Part shown: positions 1 to 9,139 of the stretch, in pieces
How the letters are laid out: each line of letters starts with the position of its first letter
Position numbering within the stretch: position 1 is the stretch's first letter
Assembly: GCA_035604815.1 (NCBI GenBank)
Contig: DATNHT010000088.1
Coordinates: forward strand, 14,388 to 78,387
DNA: 64,000 nucleotides
Direction: 5' to 3'
DNA from: Opitutaceae bacterium
GTDB taxonomy: Bacteria; Verrucomicrobiota; Verrucomicrobiia; Opitutales; Opitutaceae
The notes under the pieces: model-generated
What the model saw: only the letters and a program-made list of their open reading frames with translations
Databases searched by the model: none
What the model was told of the DNA's origin: nothing
Translations under genes and position numbers: made by a program

Positions 1-1067
1 GCATTGCGTTCGAGCTCTTTAAGGCGAGCCATATTGTCATACCCGTCGTGACTCCCTTGGGCGCGGCGTTTTCGACCAGCTTCGTGGGCCTGGTCTGGCA
101 GATCGTCGAGGAGCAAAAGCAAAAGGGCCGCATCAAAGGGATGTTCGGCACCTACGTCCCGCCGGCCATCGTCGAGCAAATGGTGGCTTCCGGGGAGGAG
201 CCCAAGCTCGGCGGAGTGAAGGAGGCCATTACCGCCTATTTCAGCGACATCGCGGGGTTCTCGAGCATTTCCGAGAAGCTGTCGTCGTCGCCGGAGCGGC
301 TTGTGGAGCTCATGAACGAATACCTGACCGCCTGCACGGACATCGTGCTGCAGGAGGGCGGAACGCTCGACAAGTACATCGGCGACGCGGTCGTCGCGAT
401 GTTTGGGGCCCCGGTCGCGCTCCCGGGCCATCCGCACAGGGCGTGCCTGGCCGCGCTTCGGATTCAAAAGCGCATTGGAGAACTGCGCGAAAAATGGAAG
501 GGCGAGGGCGACAAGTGGCCCGAGATTGTCCACAGGCTCCAGTCCCGCATTGGGCTCAACACGGGATCGGCCGTTGTCGGAAACATGGGCAGCCACACGC
601 GGTTCAGCTACACGATGATGGGAGATGACGTTAACATTGCCGCCCGGATGGAGAGTGGCGCGAAGAGCTGGGGAGTCTACTCAATGTGCACGGAGGCGAC
701 CCGCAGCGCGTGCGAACAGCTCGAATCCGGCCGCGTTGTCTTCCGCAAGCTTGGACGAATCACCGTCAAGGGGCGCGACCGGCCGGTCCCGATCCACGAG
801 CTGGTCGCCCTCGCTGAGGACGCCTCCGACGGGATCCGGGAGTGCATCGGGGTATTCGAGCAGGGCCTTGCAAGATACTACGAGCGCGACTGGGACGGCG
901 CGCTCGCGCTCTTCCGGCGCTCGGAGCCCCTGGAGTCAAACGGAGCGGGCCGGGCGCCGGGTAGCGAGACCAACCCTTCCCTCATCTACATTGGCATTGC
1001 CGAAGCATACCGTTCCGCTCCGCCCCCCGCGGATTGGGACGGTGTCTACCACATGAAGGAGAAATAA
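1..1067 (+). CDS. Class III adenylate/guanylate cyclase catalytic-domain protein (5' end outside window)
   Basis: ORF 48..1067, but the frame stays open back to nt 3, so the N-terminus is off-window. Cyclase homology motifs FSDIAGFSS, YIGDAVVAMFGAP, GLNTGSAVVGNMGS and YTMMGDDVNIAARME. Confidence 0.85.
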   Translation, partial: IAFELFKASHIVIPVVTPLGAAFSTSFVGLVWQIVEEQKQKGRIKGMFGTYVPPAIVEQMVASGEEPKLGGVKEAITAYFSDIAGFSSISEKLSSSPERLVELMNEYLTACTDIVLQEGGTLDKYIGDAVVAMFGAPVALPGHPHRACLAALRIQKRIGELREKWKGEGDKWPEIVHRLQSRIGLNTGSAVVGNMGSHTRFSYTMMGDDVNIAARMESGAKSWGVYSMCTEATRSACEQLESGRVVFRKLGRITVKGRDRPVPIHELVALAEDASDGIRECIGVFEQGLARYYERDWDGALALFRRSEPLESNGAGRAPGSETNPSLIYIGIAEAYRSAPPPADWDGVYHMKEK

Positions 1068-1075
1068 GGGGCCGG

Positions 1076-1861
1076 TCAGACGGCTAATCGCCCCTTCATG
1101 TAGGGGGCGCCGTGGCCGGCCATCCTGACTCGGCCCCCGTCGAGCTCGCACCAGAGCTCGCCGGTGCGCCTCGAAGCCTGTCTCGCGTGGAGCTTTGTCT
1201 TTCCCAGGCGGCCGGCCCAGTATGGAACGAGCGTGCAATGCGCCGAACCGGTGACCGGGTCCTCCGCGATCCCCGCGTCGGGCGCGAAGAAGCGCGAGAC
1301 AAAATCGCAGTCCGTTCCCGGAGCCGTGACGATGATCCTGCCGGGCACGGCCGGCGCAAGGGCGGCATGGTCAGGCGCGAGAGCGATCACCTCGTCCGCG
1401 GTCTTGTACACGCAGAGCCACATGCGCTCTGAGCGCAGGACCTCGTCGGGCGCCCGGCGAAGCCCACGCAGCAGGTCCCCGGTCGGCTCGGCCGGTCGCG
1501 CAGGGCGAGCGGGGAAATCGAGCTCTATCAGGGGGCCGCGCCGGGCGACGGAGAGGGGCCCGGACTTGGTGTCAAAGACGAATGGCGACTCGCTCTGGCC
1601 GAGCTCGTTGAATAGGACATGGGCGGTCGCAAGCGTCGCGTGGCCGCAGAGATCGACCTCGACCGCCGGCGTAAACCAGCGGAGCTCGGCGCGCGAAGGA
1701 CCCGTGCGCACGAAGAATGCTGTCTCGGAGAGCCCATTCTCATTCGCAATGCGCTGGAGGAGCGCGTCCTCAGGCCAGGATTCGAGCGGAACGACAGCGG
1801 CCGGGTTGCCGCAGAATGCCCGGTCCGTGAAGGCATCGATCCAGTAGATCGGAAGGTCCAT
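1076..1861 (-). CDS. PhzF-family isomerase (phenazine biosynthesis PhzF-like)
   Basis: MDLPIYWIDAFTDRAFCGNPAAVV...DLCGHATLATAHVL...DPVTGSAHC is the typical PhzF fold signature. The ATG at 1861 is preferred over the TTG at 1879 given by the ORF track. Confidence 0.85.
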   Translation of the reverse strand: MDLPIYWIDAFTDRAFCGNPAAVVPLESWPEDALLQRIANENGLSETAFFVRTGPSRAELRWFTPAVEVDLCGHATLATAHVLFNELGQSESPFVFDTKSGPLSVARRGPLIELDFPARPARPAEPTGDLLRGLRRAPDEVLRSERMWLCVYKTADEVIALAPDHAALAPAVPGRIIVTAPGTDCDFVSRFFAPDAGIAEDPVTGSAHCTLVPYWAGRLGKTKLHARQASRRTGELWCELDGGRVRMAGHGAPYMKGRLAV

Positions 1862-1875
1862 GGCCCTGTCCGTGG

Positions 1876-3162
1876 TCAACGGTTCCTCGAATCCGCGGCC
1901 GGCGCGGGCGCCGGCGCAGAAGCATGGGCGGGGGCGGGGGCAGATTGGTGGGAAGCTGCCGGCGCGGACGCGCGGGCCGGCTCCGAACCGGCGACGGGTG
2001 CCGTCGATTGGGCTCTGTCGGCGGCCGGGGCGATCGCGGGGGCAGGGACATCGCTCTGGGCCCTCGGCGCGACCTCCGTGGAAGCGTAGCCCGGCACGGC
2101 TTCAGTCGAGTGGGATTTGCCTCGGTCGGGCTCGACCGCTTGCCCCAGCCTTGGGCGGTCCATGGGCGGCGCCGTCGACCTTGGGACCGGCACAGGCGAC
2201 GCCGGCTGCGGGCTCACCTGCGCCTCGGGCCTCCGGAAATGGGGCGGCGGATTGGGTGCGCCGATCAGGGGATGCGGGAGCGCGACGACGGTCCCATCCC
2301 GTCCCCGCTCGGGCGCCTGGGATCCGGGGTCCCGGGATGGGGGGATCCACCGCCGGGAGCCCGGCGGGCCGCGGTCGCCGCCGAAATGGGGGTGATGCCA
2401 GCCGTGTCCGTGCCACGCGCTCCAGGCCCCCGTCCAGACCGAGTGGCCGCGCCAGTCGAGGCAGAAGGAGAGCCACGGGCCCACCTCGAGCGCGGCGCCG
2501 AAATTCATGAACGGGCCGCCAAAGCCGTAGAAAGGCTCGTCGGAATAGACGACATCGGTGTCGTAGGCGGGCGCATAGATCGAATCGCGCTCGGCGGGGA
2601 GGATCTCGATAGCGCCGTCCTCAAGCACAACCTGCTGCCGGGGCGTGGACGCGAGGGAACCCGCAGCCATGGCTTTCGCGCGCAGACGCTGGACCGACTC
2701 CATGACCTCGGCCGGCGACGAGAGGAAGGCCGAGCCGAGGGCCCGGGTCCATTCGATGTTCTCCGCCATCCACGAAACGATGGCGGGATAATGGGCGAGC
2801 GCTCGAACGCTGGGATCCCAGGGCTGGCTGTCGATCCGGGTCATGTCGCCGTACTGAACGAGGTACGCCGAGGCCGCAGCGACGTCCGCGGGCACCGTCG
2901 AGGCCGGCAAAATGAGAGCAAGGAGCGGATCCGGGTAAAGCGCTACGGGGCCGACCAGCTGGTCAATGGCGCTCGGGGGGCGGGGCGCGGGAAGAGCCTC
3001 CTGGGGAGCCGGCTGCGCGGCGGGATTGCCGGCGTACGGCGCGGGGGCGGGCGGCGGCTGGGGCAGGGGGGCCGTTTCTGCCGGGTAGGTCTGGGCGGGC
3101 GCCGGGTTGAGCAGCAAAGCCTCAACGAGCAGCAATGCGGGCAATGCCTTGCGGAGGGCCAT
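1876..3162 (-). CDS. DUF3300 domain protein, secreted, with long Pro/Ala-rich C-terminal tail
   Basis: LVGPVALYPDPLLALILPASTVPADV matches the DUF3300 core. Signal-peptide-like MALRKALPALLLVEALLLNPAPAQ begins at the ATG at 3162; the ORF-track start 3264 would collide with the divergent gene at 3264. Confidence 0.75.
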   Translation of the reverse strand: MALRKALPALLLVEALLLNPAPAQTYPAETAPLPQPPPAPAPYAGNPAAQPAPQEALPAPRPPSAIDQLVGPVALYPDPLLALILPASTVPADVAAASAYLVQYGDMTRIDSQPWDPSVRALAHYPAIVSWMAENIEWTRALGSAFLSSPAEVMESVQRLRAKAMAAGSLASTPRQQVVLEDGAIEILPAERDSIYAPAYDTDVVYSDEPFYGFGGPFMNFGAALEVGPWLSFCLDWRGHSVWTGAWSAWHGHGWHHPHFGGDRGPPGSRRWIPPSRDPGSQAPERGRDGTVVALPHPLIGAPNPPPHFRRPEAQVSPQPASPVPVPRSTAPPMDRPRLGQAVEPDRGKSHSTEAVPGYASTEVAPRAQSDVPAPAIAPAADRAQSTAPVAGSEPARASAPAASHQSAPAPAHASAPAPAPAADSRNR

Positions 3163-3263
3163 AGGACACGGTGCCGGAGCGCCCATAGACAAGCAAGACG
3201 CACGCCGCATGAAAATAAACCTTTCACCGGCGTTGGCGGCGTCTACGATGGAGAACAACCCCA

Positions 3264-4406
3264 ATGGCTACAACTGCCCCCTCCGGCGCGGCGGCCGGCG
3301 TGCCGCCTTCCGAGCGGCTGGCGTCCCTGGATGCGCTGCGCGGATTTGATATGATCTGGATCGCTGGCGCCGACTCGCTGGGAGACGCGCTTAGCCATTT
3401 CAAGGGGGGGCCGTTCTCGCGCGTCCTGGCCCGGCAACTCGACCATGCGCCGTGGATCGGGTTTCGCTTCTACGACTTGGTGTTCCCCCTGTTCGTCTTT
3501 CTCATGGGAGTCGCCATTCCGTACTCGCTGTCCCGGATGGTGGACAACTCGGGGCGGCCGGCGGCCGTGCGCCGGATCCTGCGCAGGGCCGCGCTGCTCT
3601 TTCTCCTCGGCATCTTCTACTACGGGGGGTTATCCCATCCGTTTTCTGACATCCGTTGGCTAGGGGTGCTGCAGCGCTTCGGCCTCTGCTACCTCGGTGC
3701 GGGACTCCTCTTTCTTTATGTCAGGCCGCGCGGACTGGTGGCGGCATGCGCCGCGCTGCTCGTCGGGTACTGGGCCCTGCTGACCTTCGTGCCCGTCCCG
3801 GGTTTTGGAGCCGGACATTTCGAGATGGGGCAGAACCTGGCCAACTGGATCGACCGGATGTACCTGCCCGGGAGAAAATGGGACGGCGACTACGATCCCG
3901 AGGGGTACCTGAGCACCTTTCCGGCCGTCGCCTCGTGCCTCTTGGGGGTTCTCACCGGGCTCTGGCTGCGCGATGCGCGGGTGGCGCCGGCCCGCAGGGC
4001 GGCGATGCTGGCGGCCGCCGGCGCAGTCCTGCTTGTCCTTGGCCTCGCATGGGGAGTCCAGTTTCCCGTGATCAAGAAGCTGTGGACGTCGTCCTTCGTT
4101 CTTGTCGCCGGGGGCATAAGCGGCCTCGCGATGGCCGCGTTCTACCTCGTGATTGACGTGTGGAGGATTCGGGCCTGGGCCGCGCCCCTTGTCTGGGTGG
4201 GCGCCAACGCGCTCACGGTCTACCTGCTGAGCAATGTCGTCGACTTCGGGTCGCTCGCCCGAAGGTTCGTGGGCGGCAACGTCACCTCGTGGCTCGACGG
4301 GCTACGGCCCGGCTTGAGCGGCGTGACCGAGGCGCTCTTCAGCATCCTCATTTGCTTCGCGGTCGCTCGCTTCCTCTACCAGCGCAGGGTCTTCCTGCGG
4401 CTCTGA
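3264..4406 (+). CDS. Acyltransferase-3 / DUF5009 (HGSNAT-like) polytopic membrane protein
   Basis: N-terminal LASLDALRGFDMIWI motif followed by about 10 hydrophobic segments. Resembles heparan-alpha-glucosaminide N-acetyltransferase-like bacterial proteins. Confidence 0.7.
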   Translation: MATTAPSGAAAGVPPSERLASLDALRGFDMIWIAGADSLGDALSHFKGGPFSRVLARQLDHAPWIGFRFYDLVFPLFVFLMGVAIPYSLSRMVDNSGRPAAVRRILRRAALLFLLGIFYYGGLSHPFSDIRWLGVLQRFGLCYLGAGLLFLYVRPRGLVAACAALLVGYWALLTFVPVPGFGAGHFEMGQNLANWIDRMYLPGRKWDGDYDPEGYLSTFPAVASCLLGVLTGLWLRDARVAPARRAAMLAAAGAVLLVLGLAWGVQFPVIKKLWTSSFVLVAGGISGLAMAAFYLVIDVWRIRAWAAPLVWVGANALTVYLLSNVVDFGSLARRFVGGNVTSWLDGLRPGLSGVTEALFSILICFAVARFLYQRRVFLRL

Positions 4407-4420
4407 AGGGCCTCCACCCG

Positions 4421-5209
4421 CTACCGCGCCGGTTCCCTGCCGAGTCGGCAGACCTCGCCGATCGCCGCCGCGAGGCTGGCCGCCCCCTGCTCGAGCCAGC
4501 GCTCGCCCTTCTCGGCCGTTGCGGCGGTGGCGTCGCCCATGACCCCCGACTTGGAGACGTCGCGGGACGCCCAGGCGACGAGAGCCGGCGCGGCCACCGG
4601 GCGGACTTCCCCGGGGTCGTCGATGCGCGCCGGGAATTCGCAGACGGCCTTTGACATATCGGCGAGGCGCGAGGCCGCCGCGATGACCCAGGACGTCTCC
4701 ACCTCGCCCGCATGGATCCCAAACGCGGCCTCCTGCGCCGGAATGTCGGAAACGGGCGTCGACTGGAGGATTCCGGCCCGGAGCCCGTAGAGGGCGCGGA
4801 CATCCCGCAGCGTCGGAACGAGCACGGGTACGTTTCCGCCGTGCGTGTTGATGACCGCGATCGAGCGGAATCCCCACGCCGCCGCCTGCCGCGCCACCGC
4901 CAGGATCTGCGAGCGGAGCGTTTCCCTGGAAATCATCAGGGTCCCGGGGAAACCCGTGTGCTCGTTGCTCTTGCCGACCGTGATAGGCGGTGCGACGTAG
5001 CACGAGGCCCCCGCCGGGAGGCGCGCGAGCGCGAGGGAAAGCCACACCTGGCCCATGAGCGCGTCCACGGCCACCGGCAGGTGCGGGCCGTGCTGCTCGA
5101 TCGCGCCCGTGGCGAGGATGACCGGCGCCCATGACTTGTCGGGCAGCGCGCCGATGCGGCGCAGGGTCATCGCGGGAAGGTAGCGGTCGCGGTATCCCGG
5201 GAAGTTCAT
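4421..5209 (-). CDS. Creatininase-family amidohydrolase (canonical metal site)
   Basis: GAIEQHGPHLPVAVDALM and VINTHGGN motifs carry the creatininase/MftE/ArfB-family metal ligands. Confidence 0.85.
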   Translation of the reverse strand: MNFPGYRDRYLPAMTLRRIGALPDKSWAPVILATGAIEQHGPHLPVAVDALMGQVWLSLALARLPAGASCYVAPPITVGKSNEHTGFPGTLMISRETLRSQILAVARQAAAWGFRSIAVINTHGGNVPVLVPTLRDVRALYGLRAGILQSTPVSDIPAQEAAFGIHAGEVETSWVIAAASRLADMSKAVCEFPARIDDPGEVRPVAAPALVAWASRDVSKSGVMGDATAATAEKGERWLEQGAASLAAAIGEVCRLGREPAR

Positions 5210-5979
5210 ACGGGGATAATCCTCGCGGTCAGGGGGGCCTGGTCGTGGATGTCCGAAATGAGCTTGGCGAGGCGGCTCGCGGCGGCCGCGAGGACGGCGG
5301 CGCCCTCGGAGCGGGCCTCCTCAACGGGCACGGGCGCGCCGGAGAGCGCAACGACGGACTCGTCTCCCCAGGCGGCCGGGGGAATCTCGCGCGCCTGCGG
5401 TCCGGCGGGCTCGGGCCCGCAGCCGTAGAGCGCCGTCAGGAGTGTCTGGAGCCTGCGGCGGCTGCGGCTGCGGACGGGATGAAAGTCCAGGCCGAGGGCG
5501 CTCAGGTGAACATGGAACATGTGCAGGCCGCGCGAGACGCGCAGGTCCCGCGCCGCGGCGTTGCAAAGCTCCTCGCTCCACGGGCTCGAGTTGAGGATCG
5601 CCATCCTTCGAAACCCGGAGGCGGCCACGGACGCGGCAATCTCGGCGATTGCCGCGTGAGCCGTCGGCTGGTCGACGGGAAACGCGCAGCAAGGGTCGGC
5701 GCCGAAGGCAAACCGGAGCGGGGGAACGACAAGCGGCTTGCGGTCCCGCGGCACGAGCCGGCACGCGTCGCGCAGGACGTGCATGAGGACCGTCTCCTCG
5801 GCGTCCAGCGGGTGGCCCAGGCCCCAGTCGGCCATTCCCGCGAGGGGGAGGATGACCAGGGTTCCCTCTCGATTGGGCCATGCGCCGATCCTCGGGGAGG
5901 AGAACCAGGGCCAGAACGTGTCCTCGTCGGCCACACAGAGCGGCGGGGTCGTTGCGGAAGATGCGCCAGGCGCTGTCAC
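5206..5979 (-). CDS. Creatininase-fold paralog with degenerate active site
   Basis: Same fold order (VILPLAGMADWGLGHPLDAEE ... ILNSSPWSEE), but the EQHG and HGGN metal-ligand motifs are replaced. Its stop overlaps the start of the downstream creatininase gene by 4 nt. Confidence 0.6.
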   Translation of the reverse strand: MTAPGASSATTPPLCVADEDTFWPWFSSPRIGAWPNREGTLVILPLAGMADWGLGHPLDAEETVLMHVLRDACRLVPRDRKPLVVPPLRFAFGADPCCAFPVDQPTAHAAIAEIAASVAASGFRRMAILNSSPWSEELCNAAARDLRVSRGLHMFHVHLSALGLDFHPVRSRSRRRLQTLLTALYGCGPEPAGPQAREIPPAAWGDESVVALSGAPVPVEEARSEGAAVLAAAASRLAKLISDIHDQAPLTARIIPV

Positions 5980-5983
5980 GGGC

Positions 5984-6379
5984 TCACCTTATCGCCACGA
6001 CCTCGATCTCCACGCAACATCCTTCGCGGGCGAGCCCCTTCACCTCGAGCAGCGTGCTCACTGGCCTCGAATCCGCGAAGAAGCGGTTCCTGACCGCCGA
6101 GAATTTCTCAAAGTCGGGCATGTGGGTGAGGAAAGTCTGGACCTTGACGACGTCGCCGAAACCCATTCCCGCCGCCTCGAGTACGGATTGGATCAGCCCA
6201 AAGACGAATTCCGTCTGCGCGGCCGCATCGAATGGGGCGACCACCTTTCCCTCGCGGTCCACCGCCAGCTGGCCCGTGACGAAGAGAGTGCTTGAGCCGC
6301 CGGCTTCCACCAGCAGGCCCGGGCTGTAGGCTCCGCGCGGGGCGGGGTGGTTCACGGGATATATGAGGGTCTTCTTCAT
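5984..6379 (-). CDS. ridA: RidA/YjgF-family enamine/imine deaminase
   Basis: 131 aa with PAPRGAYSPGL...LFVTGQLA...QTFLTHMPDF...VSTLLEVKGLAREGCCVEIEVVA, typical of YjgF/RidA. Confidence 0.85.
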   Translation of the reverse strand: MKKTLIYPVNHPAPRGAYSPGLLVEAGGSSTLFVTGQLAVDREGKVVAPFDAAAQTEFVFGLIQSVLEAAGMGFGDVVKVQTFLTHMPDFEKFSAVRNRFFADSRPVSTLLEVKGLAREGCCVEIEVVAIR

Positions 6380-6465
6380 GGCGGTTAATTGTTTTAATTT
6401 TCGGATGGGCGGGATTCAATCGGCCGGGGCCCAAACAGATTACCCCGGTCGAAAGTGCGCCTTCG

Positions 6466-7488
6466 ATGAAAATCCGTCCCCTGATGACACCCGCGATGCT
6501 TGCGCTGTCCCTCGCCTCGGGACGGGCCGCCGCCCAGACGGTCGATCCCGATGCGAGCGCCGGGACGAAGGCCGTCCTCGCCTACATCGTCAGCCTTTCC
6601 GAAAGCAAGGACAGGAGGGTGCTGTCCGGCCAGTTCCTGCAGTTTGCGCCAAATGCGACCCTCGAGCTCCCCGAGGCCATCCACCGGGCCTCGGGCAAGT
6701 GGCCGGCCTACGTGGGCGTCGACTATATGAATTTCCATACGCAGAGCATCGATTTCGAGGCCGCGGACCGGGTCGCGATCGAATACTGGAGGCAGGGGGG
6801 GCTCGTCGAAGTCAACGTCCACCTCACCAATCCGGCCAATCCCGGGGGCGGGGGCCTGAGGGACAAGGGTGTCGACCTCGCCGAGGTGCTGAGGGCCGGG
6901 TCGGCCGCGAACACTGCATGGGTTCACGAGCTCGACCTGATAGCGGCGGGTCTGAGGCGGCTCGAGGACGCGGGAGTCGTCGTGCTCTGGCGCCCGTTCC
7001 ACGAGATGAACGGGGGCTGGTTCTGGTGGGGGGCAAAGCCTCCTGCGGACTTCATTGGCCTCTGGCGCCAAATGTTCGCGTATCTCACGGAAGCCAAGCA
7101 CCTGCACAACCTCGTCTGGATTTACAGCCCAAACATGGGCGCGAACGCGGGCGACTACTATCCGGGGGGCGCCTATGCCGACCTGGTCGGGCTCGACGCC
7201 TACACCGACTACATAGACGCCGGCCACATCAGCGGATTCGAGGCGCTGCTGAGGACCGGCAAGCCGGCCGGCTTCGGGGAATTCGGCCCGCACGGCCCCT
7301 CGAAGCCGCCCGGCACGTACGACTACACGAAATTCGGCGAGGGCCTCGCCGCAAACTTCCCGAAGGCGGTGTTCTTCATGGCGTGGAACGACAAATGGAG
7401 CCCTGCTAACAACTTGGACCCCAAGGGGTTCTACAGTGACCCCGCGATTGTCACCCGCGACGACCTGCCGCCGGGCCTGGTGAAATGA
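6466..7488 (+). CDS. Glycoside hydrolase family 26 (beta-mannanase-like), secreted
   Basis: Signal peptide MKIRPLMTPAMLALSLASGRAAAQ plus the GH26 signature WRPFHEMNGGWFWWG. Confidence 0.85.
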   Translation: MKIRPLMTPAMLALSLASGRAAAQTVDPDASAGTKAVLAYIVSLSESKDRRVLSGQFLQFAPNATLELPEAIHRASGKWPAYVGVDYMNFHTQSIDFEAADRVAIEYWRQGGLVEVNVHLTNPANPGGGGLRDKGVDLAEVLRAGSAANTAWVHELDLIAAGLRRLEDAGVVVLWRPFHEMNGGWFWWGAKPPADFIGLWRQMFAYLTEAKHLHNLVWIYSPNMGANAGDYYPGGAYADLVGLDAYTDYIDAGHISGFEALLRTGKPAGFGEFGPHGPSKPPGTYDYTKFGEGLAANFPKAVFFMAWNDKWSPANNLDPKGFYSDPAIVTRDDLPPGLVK

Positions 7489-7493
7489 CCCCG

Positions 7494-8798
7494 TCAGGCG
7501 GCTGACTTCGCGGCGGGACCCGGCATCGGCTCGATCCTGCCCAGCAGGAGGATGAAGGCGAGGATGCCGATGACCAGGATCACGGCCGCCGCCAGGAACG
7601 CGTCGGTGAAGGAGTGGGTGAACTTGACGATTAGGCCCGTCACGATCGGCGCGGCGATTCCCATCGCGTTGACAGCGAAATTCATGATGCCGCCGACCGC
7701 GCCGACGCCCCCCTTCGGGGCGACCAGCGACGGAAGCGACCAGCCCACGGGTGCGGCGGCGGCAAGGCCGCCTAGGGAGATCGATATCCAGAGTATCGCC
7801 CACGCTGGGCTGGCCGTCATCGTCGCGCCGACGACCGCGAGACCGAAGAGCATTCCCGTGACGAGAACGGTCTTGCGCACGCGGGTCTCATCGGCCCCGC
7901 GGGCGATCAGGGCGTCGATAAGCCATCCGCCGACAGCCAGGTCCGTCAGCGTCGCGACCGCCCAGGGGGTCGCGGTGTATGTCGCCGACCTGAGGATGCT
8001 CATGCCGCTCGTGCTCACCAGATAGGCGGGCAGCCACGTGAGAAAGAGATAGAACGAATACCCATAGGCCCCGAACCCGATGGCCAGGCCCCAGACCTTC
8101 GGCTGCCCGAGGAGATAGCCCATCATGCCGAGAGCGCCCGCGCCCGAGGCGCCCTCGGGAACCGCCCCTCCCGAGAGGATGTGCTCGCGCTCCCGCCGGC
8201 TCAGCCGGCGGTCCCCGCTCGGATCCCTGTAGAGGAGGCAGAACGCCACAAAGTACACGAGACTGATTGCCGAGGTGATCGCGAAGCCCCACCGCCAGCC
8301 GAACCGCACCACAGCGAACGCGATCAGCGGTATGCCGACCACGTTGGAGAACTTCGCGGAGGCGTCGAAAATCGCCGTCGCCCTGGCCCTCTCGCTCCGG
8401 GGGAACCAATGGCCCGTCGCCTTGGAGACGGCGGGGAAGGAGGGCGCCTCGGCGATGCCGAGGAGAAACCTTGCGGCGACGATCCCCCAGTATCCGCCGG
8501 CGATCGCCGTGACGGCGGAGGCAATCGTCCAAAGCAGGGAGCCCCAGCGCCCGATCCGGGTCACGCCCAGGCGATCGACTACAAGGCCCATGGGGACCTG
8601 GAGGGCCGTGTAGGTCCAGGCGTAAGCGCTGAGCAGGAAACCCAGGTCCGCCGGCCCGAGATCGAACACCTTCTGCAGCTGGGGCGCCGCGACCGAAAGG
8701 TTAATCCTGTCGAGGAAGCTCACGAGGATGCCGGAGCCCAGAAGGACGCCTATGGCCCAACGCCTCCGGGGGATGGGGGCTTCCGGGATCGTCGGCAT
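7494..8798 (-). CDS. MFS transporter (anion:cation symporter / hexuronate-galactonate type)
   Basis: 12-TM MFS pattern. The internal ATG at 8798 (MPTIPEAPIPRRRWAIGVLLGSG) was chosen; the 121 codons upstream in the ORF track are Arg/Pro/Gly-rich and look non-coding. Confidence 0.8.
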   Translation of the reverse strand: MPTIPEAPIPRRRWAIGVLLGSGILVSFLDRINLSVAAPQLQKVFDLGPADLGFLLSAYAWTYTALQVPMGLVVDRLGVTRIGRWGSLLWTIASAVTAIAGGYWGIVAARFLLGIAEAPSFPAVSKATGHWFPRSERARATAIFDASAKFSNVVGIPLIAFAVVRFGWRWGFAITSAISLVYFVAFCLLYRDPSGDRRLSRREREHILSGGAVPEGASGAGALGMMGYLLGQPKVWGLAIGFGAYGYSFYLFLTWLPAYLVSTSGMSILRSATYTATPWAVATLTDLAVGGWLIDALIARGADETRVRKTVLVTGMLFGLAVVGATMTASPAWAILWISISLGGLAAAAPVGWSLPSLVAPKGGVGAVGGIMNFAVNAMGIAAPIVTGLIVKFTHSFTDAFLAAAVILVIGILAFILLLGRIEPMPGPAAKSAA

Positions 8799-9139
8799 TG
8801 GGCCGCCAGCCCATCGGCACGCCGGCCGGTTTGCAAAGTTTGTATTTGGCGTCGGGCGCCGCCGGCGATTCCCGAGATTGCCCCACGCCAGCGCCTGAGG
8901 CGGAGGCGCCCCCAGTGCCCCGCCCCCGAATCGGCCTCGCCGTTCCCTGCCCCTAAGCCCTGGAGCAGGCCATGGCTTAGGTCTTTGACCAAATCCGCGC
9001 GCCGCCGGGGCCTGCGGCGGCCGCCCCTTCGGCTCATTTTCGGGCCGCGGCCTCCCGAAGGCGAGGGGCCGACCGCGTAGGACCCGCCTCGATACGGCCC
9101 TGCGGATCCGCGCCCCGGGCGCCCCAATTCCGGGCTCGC

